A stretch of 64,000 nucleotides of DNA from an uncultured Opitutia bacterium (GTDB taxonomy: Bacteria; Verrucomicrobiota; Verrucomicrobiia; Opitutales; Opitutaceae): contig CAIQKV010000042.1 of assembly GCA_903872505.1 (NCBI GenBank), positions 1,139 through 65,138 of the forward strand. The letters run 5' to 3'. This document shows, piece by piece, positions 40,329-49,392 of the stretch. The position numbers and the translations under genes are program-made. Numbering within the stretch: the stretch's first letter is position 1; each line of letters begins with the position of its first letter. The notes under the pieces were generated by a model. The model did no database searches and had not been told where the DNA came from. It worked only from the letters and a program-made list of their open reading frames with translations.

Positions 40329-43004
40329 ATGTCATTCCGCGCCCTCGCCCGCCTTGCCCCATGCCTGGGCGCGCTCTGGCTGGGCGCCCTCCCCGCGCTC
40401 CGGGCGGAACCGCCGTTCGCCTTCGCCCGCACGCCGGGCCAGCTGCCCAAGACGGCCATCCCACGCCATTACACGCTGCACATCCAGCCGGACCTGACGG
40501 CCCGCACCACGACGGGCACGGCCCGCATCGAACTCGACGTGCTCTCGGCCACCCCGGAGCTCGTGCTCAACGCCCTCGAACTCGAGATCACCGCCGCGAC
40601 CCTCGTCGACGACCCCGCCACGCCGCAGCCGCTCACCGCGCGCCTGGATCCCGCCCGGCAGACGCTCGTGCTCGCGCGGCCCGGCGGCTGGCCGGCCGGC
40701 CAGCATACCATCACGATCAGCTACCGCGGAAAAATCGGCACGCAGGCGGAGGGGTTCTTTGTCGACAAGTACCCCACCCCCACCGGCGACAAGCTCCTCC
40801 TCGGCACCCAGTTCGAGCCCACCGACGCGCGGCGCGTGTTCCCCTGCTGGGACGAACCGGTCTACCGCGCCACCTACGACCTCACGCTGGTCGTCCCGGC
40901 CAAGCTCATGGCGGTGTCGAACATGCCGGTCACGCGCGAGACGCCGCTGGCCGGCGGCCTCAAGGAGGTCGTCTTCGGGCGCACCCCCAGCATGGCGAGC
41001 TACCTCGTCGCGATCTACGCAGCCGAGTTCGAGGTGGTCGCGGGCGAACAGGACGGCGTCCAGCTCCGCGTGCTGACGACCGAGGGCAAACGCGCCTCCG
41101 CGGTCTATGCGCTCGAGGCGACGAAGCGTATCCTGTCCTACTACAACGAGTACTTCGGCGTGCGCTACCCCCTGCCGAAGCTCGACCAGATCGCCGTGCC
41201 CAACGCCTTCGCCTCCTTTGGCGCGATGGAGAACTGGGGCTGCATCACCTACATCGACACCGCCATCCTGTTCGACCCCGCCGGCAGCTCGCAGGCCCGG
41301 CGCGAGGCGGTGTTCGGCACCATCGCGCACGAGATGGCGCACCAGTGGTTCGGCAACCTCGTCACCATGGCGTGGTGGGACAACCTCTGGCTCAACGAGG
41401 GGTTCGCCTCCTGGATGGGCACCAAGTCCACCAACGCCCTCAACCCCGGCTGGCTGATCTGGCTCCGCGCCAACCGGGAGAAAAACGCCGCGATGGCCCT
41501 CGATGCGCGCCGCACCACGCATCCGATCCTGCAGCCCGTGGTCAACGAGAGCCAGGCCTCCGATGCGTTCGACACGATTTCCTACCAGAAGGGCCAGTCC
41601 TTCCTCCGCATGCTCGAGGCCTATCTCGGCGAGGACACGTTCCGCGCCGGCATCCGGCGCTACATCGGGGAGAACAAGCTCTCCAACACCACCACGGCCA
41701 ATCTTTGGGCCGCGCTCGCCGAGGCCTCGGGCAAACCGGTGCCCGCCATCGCCGCCGACTGGGTCGAGCGGCCCGGCTTTCCCGTCGTGACGCTCACGAC
41801 CACGGGGACCAGGGCCGACCGCCGCCTGCTCCTGGGCCAGACCCGTTTCACTTACGATCATCTGCCGGCCGAGCCGCTGTTGTGGAAAATTCCGCTCTCC
41901 CTGGCCAACACCGCTGCGCTGGACGCGCCGACGGTCCTGCTGCTCGACGGCGCCTCCGCCACCGCGCCGGTGCCCGCCGGCCCCGGCACCGTGAAGGCCA
42001 ACGTGGGCGACTCCGGTTACTACCGCGTGCTCTACGACGACCCGCTGGCCGACAACCTCCGCCGGGCGCTGCCCACGCTGCCGGTCGCCGACCAGCTGAA
42101 TCTCCTGGCCGACACCGACGCGCTGGTGGAGGCCGGACGGCTCTCCGAGCCCGCCTACCTCGAGCTCGTCGAGCAACTGCACGCCAGTCGCAGCCCGCCG
42201 GTGTGGAACCAGATCATCGGCAGCCTCGGCGGCATTGATCTGCTGCAGCGCGGCCAGCCTGGCCGCCGCGCGTTCCAGGCGTGGGCCGTCAGCCAGCTCG
42301 CGCCGCAACTTCAGCGGCTCGGCTGGGAGCCGGTGCCGGGGGAGTCACCGCTCGACGCCACCCTGCGCGGCCAGCTCGTCGGCGCCCTCGGGTTCTTCGG
42401 CGACCATGCGACCATTGCGGAGTGTTATCGCCGCTTCGACCTCTACCGGAAGCTGCCCGCCAGCCTGTCCGGCGACCTGCGGGGACCCGTGCTCGCCGTG
42501 GTGGGCCGCTATGCCCCGCGCCCCATTTACGACCAGCTTCACGCCCTGGCCCGGGCCGCCCTCAACACCGAGGACAAGCGCCGCGCCTACGCCGCGATGC
42601 AGTCCGCGCTCGATCCCAAGCTCGCGGCCGAGACGCTTCAGCTCAGCCTGGGGGACGAGATGCCCGCCTCCGAGTCCGGGCATAATGTGGCGCGGGTCGC
42701 CTTCAGCAGCGAGCAGACCGCGCTCGCCTGGGAGTTCGCCGGCGCGCACCTGCCCGAGCTCTTCGCCCGGTACCCGTTCTTCGGGCGCAACCAGTACCTC
42801 CCCGGGATCGCCAACGCCTTCACCGACGCCGCCCGGGCCGACGAGCTCCTCGCGGTGGTCCGGTCCCGCCTGCCCGCCGACGCCCTCACCGAAGCCGAGC
42901 GGAGCGCCGACCTCATCCGGCACAACGCCGCCGTCAAACAGCGCGAATTGCCGAAGATCGACGCGTGGGTGAAGACGCGCCTGCAGCCGGTGCCGGAGTC
43001 CTGA
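40329..43004 (+). CDS. pepN: aminopeptidase N (M1 family), secreted
   Basis: FGAMENWGCITY and HEMAHQWFGNLVTMAWWDNLWLNEGFASW (HExxH-x18-E). Signal peptide runs from the ATG at 40329 (MSFRALARLAPCLGALWLGALPALRA). Confidence 0.95.
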   Translation: MSFRALARLAPCLGALWLGALPALRAEPPFAFARTPGQLPKTAIPRHYTLHIQPDLTARTTTGTARIELDVLSATPELVLNALELEITAATLVDDPATPQPLTARLDPARQTLVLARPGGWPAGQHTITISYRGKIGTQAEGFFVDKYPTPTGDKLLLGTQFEPTDARRVFPCWDEPVYRATYDLTLVVPAKLMAVSNMPVTRETPLAGGLKEVVFGRTPSMASYLVAIYAAEFEVVAGEQDGVQLRVLTTEGKRASAVYALEATKRILSYYNEYFGVRYPLPKLDQIAVPNAFASFGAMENWGCITYIDTAILFDPAGSSQARREAVFGTIAHEMAHQWFGNLVTMAWWDNLWLNEGFASWMGTKSTNALNPGWLIWLRANREKNAAMALDARRTTHPILQPVVNESQASDAFDTISYQKGQSFLRMLEAYLGEDTFRAGIRRYIGENKLSNTTTANLWAALAEASGKPVPAIAADWVERPGFPVVTLTTTGTRADRRLLLGQTRFTYDHLPAEPLLWKIPLSLANTAALDAPTVLLLDGASATAPVPAGPGTVKANVGDSGYYRVLYDDPLADNLRRALPTLPVADQLNLLADTDALVEAGRLSEPAYLELVEQLHASRSPPVWNQIIGSLGGIDLLQRGQPGRRAFQAWAVSQLAPQLQRLGWEPVPGESPLDATLRGQLVGALGFFGDHATIAECYRRFDLYRKLPASLSGDLRGPVLAVVGRYAPRPIYDQLHALARAALNTEDKRRAYAAMQSALDPKLAAETLQLSLGDEMPASESGHNVARVAFSSEQTALAWEFAGAHLPELFARYPFFGRNQYLPGIANAFTDAARADELLAVVRSRLPADALTEAERSADLIRHNAAVKQRELPKIDAWVKTRLQPVPES

Positions 43005-43026
43005 GCGAGGCCTCCGGTGCCTCAAG

Positions 43027-43109
43027 GTAGGGCGGGGTCTCCGACCCGCCCTCATGTAACTCTGATCCGCCTTCTTGTCCCACAGGGCGGGTCAAAGACC
43101 CCGCCCTAC
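43027..43109. repeat. palindromic element, family 2, copy 2, between convergent genes
   Basis: Arms GTAGGGCGGGGTCTCCGACCCGCCC … 33-nt spacer … GGGCGGGTCAAAGACCCCGCCCTAC. The arms are complementary except for CC versus TT. Confidence 0.8.
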
Positions 43110-43116
43110 TCCGCCA

Positions 43117-43983
43117 TCACGCCCCGATCGGGTGCCAGACGGTCTTGAACTCGACGAAATCGCGGATCGCGTGGACGCCCTGCGCCGTGTCGGCGAACCA
43201 GTCGATGGGCGCCTCGCCCTTGAACAGCCGCGCACGCTTCACGCTGTCGGCGGCGCCGAGGGCGAGCGTCTTGCGCTCCGCGGCGTTCGCGACCGCGGCG
43301 AGGGCGCGCAGGTGGGCGTGTGTCGCAAAGGTCGGCACCAGCTCCTTGCGGAAGCCCGTGAGCAGGTTGACCACGCCGCCCGGCAGGTCGCTCGTCGCGA
43401 GCATCTCGCCGAGCACGATCGCCGGATAGGGCTGCGCGCTGGAGGCGAGCGCCACGACCGTGTTGCCGCTGGTGATGGCCGGCGCGACGAGCGAGAGGAG
43501 CGCCAGCAGCGGCGCCTCGTCGGGGGCGATGATGCCCACGATCCCCATCGGCTCGGTGACGGTGAAGTTGAAGTACGGCGCGGCGACGGGGTTCACGTTG
43601 CCCAGCACCTGCTCGTATTTGTCGGCCCAGCCCGCGTAGTAGATCAGCCGGTCGACCGCGGCGGTGACCTCGCGGGCCGCGGCTCCCTTCGATGCGCCGC
43701 CGAGCCGGATGGCGTCGGCCAGCTCGCCGGCGCGCGCCTCGAGCATCTCGCCGAGCCGGTACAGGATCTGGCCGCGGTTGTAGGCGGTGCGCTTCGCCCA
43801 GCCCGGGCCGGCCTTGGCGGCGGCCTCGACGGCGTTGCGCAGGTCCTTGCGCGTGCACTGCGGGATGTTGGCGAAGAAGTTCCCCGCGGCGTCCCGCAGC
43901 GGGAACACGCGCGCGCTCTCGGACCGGATGAACGCGCCGCCGACGTAAACCTTGGGCGTCTTGGTGATGGGAAGTCTGCTCAT
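43117..43983 (-). CDS. aldehyde-dehydrogenase-like protein lacking the catalytic subdomain (probably non-catalytic)
   Basis: 288 aa from the ATG at 43983 (MSRLPITKTPKVYVGG). Aligns with the N-terminal/cofactor half of the ALDH at 45386-46894 (YYAGWADKYE, PMGIVGIIAP…, LPGGVVNLLTG). PWNFP reads PDEAP, ELGGK reads ALGAAD, and no Cys loop is present. Confidence 0.75.
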   Translation of the reverse strand: MSRLPITKTPKVYVGGAFIRSESARVFPLRDAAGNFFANIPQCTRKDLRNAVEAAAKAGPGWAKRTAYNRGQILYRLGEMLEARAGELADAIRLGGASKGAAAREVTAAVDRLIYYAGWADKYEQVLGNVNPVAAPYFNFTVTEPMGIVGIIAPDEAPLLALLSLVAPAITSGNTVVALASSAQPYPAIVLGEMLATSDLPGGVVNLLTGFRKELVPTFATHAHLRALAAVANAAERKTLALGAADSVKRARLFKGEAPIDWFADTAQGVHAIRDFVEFKTVWHPIGA

Positions 43984-43997
43984 GGAAAGATGCGGGC

Positions 43998-45371
43998 TCA
44001 GGTTTCCGCCGCGGCCTCGGCCAGCGGCACCGGCTGGTCGCCCTGCAGGTAGGCCTTCTCGCGGTACGCCTTGGCCACGAAGATGAACACGGCGACGCAC
44101 CCGATCGAGAGCGCGGCGAAGAAGTTATAGTACGCGGCGCCCTGCAGCTTCACCGTGCCGTCGGGATTCGCGATGAAGAAGTGGACCAGCGCGGTGAACG
44201 CGTTGCCCGCGGACACCGACAGCAGGTAGAGCGACATGATGATCGCCTTCATGTGCTTCGGCGCCTGGGTGTAGGCAAACTCGAGCGCGGTGATCGACAC
44301 CATCACCTCGCCACCCGAGAGCAGCGCGTAGGCGGGCATCTGCCAGCCGATGTTCGGCTGCAGGCCGGCGGCGATCTGCGTCTCGATCCAGGCGCTCACC
44401 ATGAAGGAGACGCCGGTGACCACGAGCCCGAGCCCGATCTTGCGCAGCGGCGTGAGCGGGAACACCCGGTTGATCGCCGGGTAGATCACGTACTGGAACA
44501 GCGGGATGAACGCCAGGATCATGATCGCGTTCACCGCCTGGATCTGGGACGCGAGCCAGGTGATGCCGAGGAAATGCAGGTCCATCTTCTGGGCCTGCAG
44601 CACCCACTCGCCGCCGCTCTGGTCCCACAGCGACCAGAAGACCGCGACGAACGCGAAGAGGATGCCCAGCCGGCCGATCGCCGCGAAACCCTCGCGGTTG
44701 AATGTGTCGCGAAGGAAGGTCTTCCCGCCGGGCGGGATGTGCGCGAACTTGTACCGGCCCGACCAGAAGACATAGGCGGCGAGCAGCATCAGCGCCGCCG
44801 GCACGCCGAACGCCGCGCGGGAGCCGTAGTGCTGGAGCAGCCAGGGAATGAGCAGGATCGAGAAGAACGAGCCGAAGTTGACCGAGAAGTAGAACCAGCC
44901 GAAGGCGCGCGACAGCAGCGGCTGGTTGGCCGGGCCGAATTGGTCGCCGACGTGGGACGAGACGCAGGGCTTGATGCCGCCGGCGCCGAGCGCGATGAGC
45001 CCGAGGCCCATTCCCAGCCCGAGCCGCGTGTCGTCGCACGCGAGCACCACGCTGCCGAGGCAGTAGACCAGCGAGAGCCAGAAGATCGTGCGGTACTTGC
45101 CCCAGAACGCGTCGGAGATGATCGCCCCGAACGCCGGGAAGAAGTAGTTCGAGGCCACGAACCAGTGGTACCACTGGTTGGCCTCGTTCGCGCCCATGGG
45201 CGCGAAGGCACCGGAACGGTTGCGCAGGTACTGCGTCATGAACACGACGAGGACGGCGCGCATCCCGTAGAAGTTGAACCGCTCGGCCGCCTCGTTGCCG
45301 ATGATGTAGGGGATGCCCGGCGGCATCCGGTCGGTCGGGACCGGGGCGGTGAAGTATTTCGGTTCGGCCAT
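43998..45371 (-). CDS. POT/PTR2-family proton-dependent oligopeptide transporter
   Basis: 457 aa from the ATG at 45371 (MAEPKYF), with NEAAERFNFYGMRAVLVVFM and GAGGIKPCVSSHVGDQF. Confidence 0.85.
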   Translation of the reverse strand: MAEPKYFTAPVPTDRMPPGIPYIIGNEAAERFNFYGMRAVLVVFMTQYLRNRSGAFAPMGANEANQWYHWFVASNYFFPAFGAIISDAFWGKYRTIFWLSLVYCLGSVVLACDDTRLGLGMGLGLIALGAGGIKPCVSSHVGDQFGPANQPLLSRAFGWFYFSVNFGSFFSILLIPWLLQHYGSRAAFGVPAALMLLAAYVFWSGRYKFAHIPPGGKTFLRDTFNREGFAAIGRLGILFAFVAVFWSLWDQSGGEWVLQAQKMDLHFLGITWLASQIQAVNAIMILAFIPLFQYVIYPAINRVFPLTPLRKIGLGLVVTGVSFMVSAWIETQIAAGLQPNIGWQMPAYALLSGGEVMVSITALEFAYTQAPKHMKAIIMSLYLLSVSAGNAFTALVHFFIANPDGTVKLQGAAYYNFFAALSIGCVAVFIFVAKAYREKAYLQGDQPVPLAEAAAET

Positions 45372-45385
45372 GGGATTCGGTGCGG

Positions 45386-46894
45386 TCAGACCAGCTGGCA
45401 GTAGTCGAGCAGGCCCTGCCGGCCGCCCTCGCGGCCGAAGCCGCTCTCCTTGTAGCCGCCGAACGGCGACGCGGGGTCGAATTTGTTGAAGGTGTTGGCC
45501 CAAACCACGCCGGCCTTGAGCTCCGCCGCCATCTTCAGGATGCGCGAGCCCTTGTCGGTCCACACGCCGGCGCTCAGGCCGTAGGGGGTGTTGTTGGCCT
45601 TCTCGATGGCCTCGTCCACCGTGCGGAAGGTGATGATCGCCAGCACGGGCCCGAAAATCTCCTCGCGCGCGATCCGGTGACTCTGGGTCACACCGGTGAA
45701 GAGGGTCGGCGGCATGAAAAAACCCTTCGCCGGCAAGCGGCACGGCGGCTGCCACAATTCGGCGCCCTCCTTTACGCCGATCGCCAGGTAATGCTGGATG
45801 CTGGCGAGTTGGTCGCGGGACACGATCGCGCCGACGTCGGTGTTCTTGTCGAGCGGATTGCCGACGCGCAGGGTGCGCAGCCGGGTCTTGAGCTTGGCCA
45901 CGAAGCGCGCGGCCACCGGCTCGTGCACGAGGAGGCGGGACCCCGCGCAGCACACCTGGCCCTGGTTGAAGAAGATGCCGTTGACGATGCCCTCGACGGC
46001 CTGGTCGAGCGGGGCGTCGTCGAACACGATGTTGGCCGCCTTGCCGCCGAGTTCCATGGTCATCTTCTTGTCGGTGCCGGCCACCGAGCGCATGATGATC
46101 TTGCCCACGTCGGTCGAGCCGGTGAAGGCGATCTTGGCCGCGGTCGGATGCGCCATGATCAAGCCGCCGGTCGAGCCGGGACCAGTGATGATGTTGACCA
46201 CGCCGGGCGGCAGGCCGGCATCCTCGAAGATTTCCGCCAGCTTGACCGCGGTCAGGGGCGTGTTCGTCGCGGGCTTGATGACCACGCAGTTGCCCATGGC
46301 GATCGCCGGCGCGATTTTCCACGCCAGCATGAGCAGGGGAAAATTCCATGGGATGACCTGACCGACGACGCCCAGCGGCGCGACTTTCCGGCCGGGGGCG
46401 ACGTACTCAAGCTTGTCCGCCCAGCCGGCGTGATAGAAGAAATGCGCCGCCGCCATCGGCACGTCGAAGTCGCGCGTTTCCTTGATCGGCTTGCCGTTGT
46501 CCATCGTCTCGGCGACGGCGAATTCCCGCGCCCGGTCCTGCAGCAGGCGCGCGATGCGGAAGAGATACTTGCCCCGCTCGCGGCCCGACAGCTTGCCCCA
46601 GACGTTGCGCTGGGCGCGCCGGGCGGCCCGGTAGGCGGCGTCCACGTCCGCCGCGCCGGCGAGCGCGAACTCGGCGAGCTTCTGCTCGGTGGCGGGGTTG
46701 ATCGAATCGAAATACTTGCCCGATTTCGGGGTGACGAACCGGCCGTTGATGAACAGGTCGTAGCGCGGCTTGAGCTTCGGGTCGGCTGTCTCGGGTGCCG
46801 GGTCGTATTCCCAGAGATCGCCGAAAATGAGCTGGGGCGCGGGCCGGCCGTGGCGGCGGGTGGTTTTCTTCCGTTTAGAAACGAGGGTGGCCAT
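45386..46894 (-). CDS. NAD(P)+-dependent aldehyde dehydrogenase
   Basis: 502 aa from the ATG at 46894, with VIPWNFPLLM, FTGSTDVGK, MELGGKAANIVF, QGQVCCAGSRL and EEIFGPV. Confidence 0.95.
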   Translation of the reverse strand: MATLVSKRKKTTRRHGRPAPQLIFGDLWEYDPAPETADPKLKPRYDLFINGRFVTPKSGKYFDSINPATEQKLAEFALAGAADVDAAYRAARRAQRNVWGKLSGRERGKYLFRIARLLQDRAREFAVAETMDNGKPIKETRDFDVPMAAAHFFYHAGWADKLEYVAPGRKVAPLGVVGQVIPWNFPLLMLAWKIAPAIAMGNCVVIKPATNTPLTAVKLAEIFEDAGLPPGVVNIITGPGSTGGLIMAHPTAAKIAFTGSTDVGKIIMRSVAGTDKKMTMELGGKAANIVFDDAPLDQAVEGIVNGIFFNQGQVCCAGSRLLVHEPVAARFVAKLKTRLRTLRVGNPLDKNTDVGAIVSRDQLASIQHYLAIGVKEGAELWQPPCRLPAKGFFMPPTLFTGVTQSHRIAREEIFGPVLAIITFRTVDEAIEKANNTPYGLSAGVWTDKGSRILKMAAELKAGVVWANTFNKFDPASPFGGYKESGFGREGGRQGLLDYCQLV

Positions 46895-46902
46895 GGGGAA
46901 AA

Positions 46903-47841
46903 TCAGTAGGATTCGGCGGCTTCGCTGAAATAGTACGGCGCCTGGTAGGCCCCGGTCCGCTCCTTCTCGATCTGCCGGAGCAGGTCGTTGAGCAGCGAGC
47001 TCGCGCCGAACCGGTAGCGCGCGTTGGTGAGCCAGGCGTCGCCGAGCGTCTCTTTCACGGCGACGAGGAACTGCAGCGCCTGCTTCGCGGTGCGGATGCC
47101 GCCGGCCGGCTTCATGCCGATCGCCGTGCCCGTCTCGAGGTAGAAGTCGCGGATGGCCTCGAGCATCACCTGGTTGTTGCCCAGCGTGGCATTGAGCGAG
47201 GTCTTGCCGGTGCTGGTCTTGATGAAGTCGCCCCCGCGGATGGTGCGCATCGCGATGAACGAGGCCGCGCGGATGTTGTCGAAGGTCTCGAGTTCGCTGA
47301 CCTCGAGGATGACCTTCAGCGTGGCGTCGCCGCACGCCGCGACGACCGCGGCGATCTCGTCCGCCACCTCGGCAAATTCGCCCGCGAGGAACGCCCCGCG
47401 GTTGATCACCATGTCAATCTCGTCCGCCCCGTCGGCCACGGCCGCGCGGACCTCGCCGAGCCGCGTCCGCAGCGGCGCCTGGCCGGACGGAAAGGCGGTC
47501 GCGACCGACGCGATCCGCACCGCGGCGCCCGGCCCGAGCGCGCGGCGCGCGGCGCGCACCATCGCCGGGTAGACGCACACCGCCGCGACCGGCGGCACGG
47601 TGGGGTCGTCCGACGGGTGCCGCGCCTTCGCGCAGAGCGAGGCGACCTTGCCGGGCGTGTCCTTGCCCTCGAGGGTCGTAAGGTCGACCATCGTGACCGC
47701 CGTGCGCAGCCCCCAGAGCTTCGCGGCCTTCTTGAGGCTGCGCGTGGTGTATTTGGCGACACGCTCCTCGACGCCGACGCAGTCGACCGGGCCGACTTCA
47801 TCGAACAGCCGTCGAAACGACGCTGACTGGCCTGCGTTCAT
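46903..47841 (-). CDS. deoC: deoxyribose-phosphate aldolase (long form)
   Basis: Sequence …TAVTMVDLTTLEG…VAAVCVYP…GADEIDMVINRG…DFIKTSTGK (Schiff-base Lys). The ATG at 47841 is preferred over the TTG at 47880. Confidence 0.9.
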   Translation of the reverse strand: MNAGQSASFRRLFDEVGPVDCVGVEERVAKYTTRSLKKAAKLWGLRTAVTMVDLTTLEGKDTPGKVASLCAKARHPSDDPTVPPVAAVCVYPAMVRAARRALGPGAAVRIASVATAFPSGQAPLRTRLGEVRAAVADGADEIDMVINRGAFLAGEFAEVADEIAAVVAACGDATLKVILEVSELETFDNIRAASFIAMRTIRGGDFIKTSTGKTSLNATLGNNQVMLEAIRDFYLETGTAIGMKPAGGIRTAKQALQFLVAVKETLGDAWLTNARYRFGASSLLNDLLRQIEKERTGAYQAPYYFSEAAESY

Positions 47842-47967
47842 GAGGTTGCGAACGATGCCCGCGCCCTCCCCTGAAAACAATGGAAAACTCGCCTGCCAGC
47901 CACGCGGTACTGTCCTAATTTGAAAAGCAGACGCAAAATTACACTCTCGGCTTGTTGGCCCCTTTTT

Positions 47968-48351
47968 CTAGCCCTTTGGCTTTTCTGGACCGCCTTCGCT
48001 CTGTTGATTCGCCGATTTACCTTTTAGCGGGCACACCACCTTTACCAAAAAAATCCCGTAAACGACAACCCCAGCGCTCCAATAAATCACCCGCTCCATA
48101 ACCGCTCCAATCGCCTCATCTTGTGCGAGCGTTGCTTTCTCCAATGCCACGCTGGACGGATCCATTTTGCGCGCTTGCGAGAGTCCGATTTGATAGCCGC
48201 CGATAGAGAGGACAAGAGCGAACATGATGCCTGCGAGAACGCCGCAAGATTTACGGGCCAGTTTTGGAAATTCTATCGGGTGGTTATAGGCTAAGAATGC
48301 GGCGCCAGATATGGCGGCCAGAACCACGCCAGAAACAATTACTTCAATCAT
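47968..48351 (-). CDS. orphan small membrane protein in a low-GC islet
   Basis: 127 aa with 3-4 hydrophobic helices and a Lys/Gly/Pro-rich C-terminal tail. Codon usage and GC (~45-55% in hand-counted lines) are atypical for the window. Confidence 0.55.
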   Translation of the reverse strand: MIEVIVSGVVLAAISGAAFLAYNHPIEFPKLARKSCGVLAGIMFALVLSIGGYQIGLSQARKMDPSSVALEKATLAQDEAIGAVMERVIYWSAGVVVYGIFLVKVVCPLKGKSANQQSEGGPEKPKG

Positions 48352-48519
48352 GACAGATTCGTGAGATTGGGCCGCTGCCGGACGCTACGCAAGCAAGCGA
48401 ATAAACGACGCCGAAAAGTGGGCGTTTATTCCCAAAAAGGCATTTCCGAGTATTTCTGTCTGGGCGGGCCGCGCAACCGGCTTGCGCCCGCGGGTCCGAC
48501 ATTGTTGCCTAGCTCCGCC

Positions 48520-48918
48520 ATGCCCGCGCCCGCCTCCCCGCTTCCCGCCGCGCCCACCGGCGAAGTCGTCATCCGCACCCTCGCGATGCCCGCCGTCGCC
48601 AACGCCAACGGCGACATCTTCGGCGGCTGGCTCCTCTCGCAAATGGACCTCGGCGGCGCCATCCTCGCGCGCAACACCGCGCTCAGCCGCGTGACCACGG
48701 TGGCGATCGACGGCATGTCCTTCCTCAATCCCGTCAATGTCGGCGACACGGTCAGCTGCTACGCGTCGCTCATCAGCATCGGCCGCACTTCGATGAAGAT
48801 CTCGGTCGAGGCCTGGGTGCACCACTACGCCAACAAGGTCGAGCAGCGCGTAACCGCGGGCCTGTTCACCTACGTGGCGATCGACGACTCGGGCCGCCCC
48901 CACCCCGTCAAGCGCTGA
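48520..48918 (+). CDS. acyl-CoA thioesterase, hotdog fold (YciA-like)
   Basis: 132 aa from the ATG at 48520, with …NANGDIFGGWLLSQMDLGGAILA…VAIDGMSFLNPVNVGD…. Confidence 0.8.
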   Translation: MPAPASPLPAAPTGEVVIRTLAMPAVANANGDIFGGWLLSQMDLGGAILARNTALSRVTTVAIDGMSFLNPVNVGDTVSCYASLISIGRTSMKISVEAWVHHYANKVEQRVTAGLFTYVAIDDSGRPHPVKR

Positions 48919-48924
48919 GCCGCC

Positions 48925-49380
48925 ATGCGCCGCCTCGGTTTTCTTCCCGCCCTGCTGGTCCTCCTCGCGCTGCCGCTGCGCGCCGGGACCGTGGAGGAGG
49001 AGGTGCGGGCCGCGGACGCCGCCCGGGTGCTCGCCACGCTGCGCGGCGACGCCGACCGGCTCACGCGGCTGCTCTCGGAGCGCCTCGCCTACGGCCACCT
49101 CGACGGCCGGGTGCAGACCAAGGCGGCCTTCCTCGCCGCCGTGCGCAGCAAGGAACTCACCTACGAGACCTACGACTACCAGGAGACCAAGATCACCCCG
49201 GTGGCCGAGGATGTCGCGATCATGACCGGCCGGACGCACCTCAAGGCGAGTGCCGGCAAGCAGCACGTCGAGTTTGCCATCCGTTTCCTGGCCGTGTGGC
49301 GGCGCGAGGACGGCGTGTGGCATCTCTTCGCCTATCAGTCGACCAAGCTGCCCGGGCCGGTGGCCGTCTCGGCCAAGTAG
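48925..49380 (+). CDS. secreted SnoaL-like/DUF4440 (NTF2-fold) protein
   Basis: Signal peptide MRRLGFLPALLVLLALPLRAG, with …FLAVWRREDGVWHLFAYQSTKL at the C-terminus. Confidence 0.7.
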   Translation: MRRLGFLPALLVLLALPLRAGTVEEEVRAADAARVLATLRGDADRLTRLLSERLAYGHLDGRVQTKAAFLAAVRSKELTYETYDYQETKITPVAEDVAIMTGRTHLKASAGKQHVEFAIRFLAVWRREDGVWHLFAYQSTKLPGPVAVSAK

Positions 49381-49392
49381 CCCCGGCGCCCC

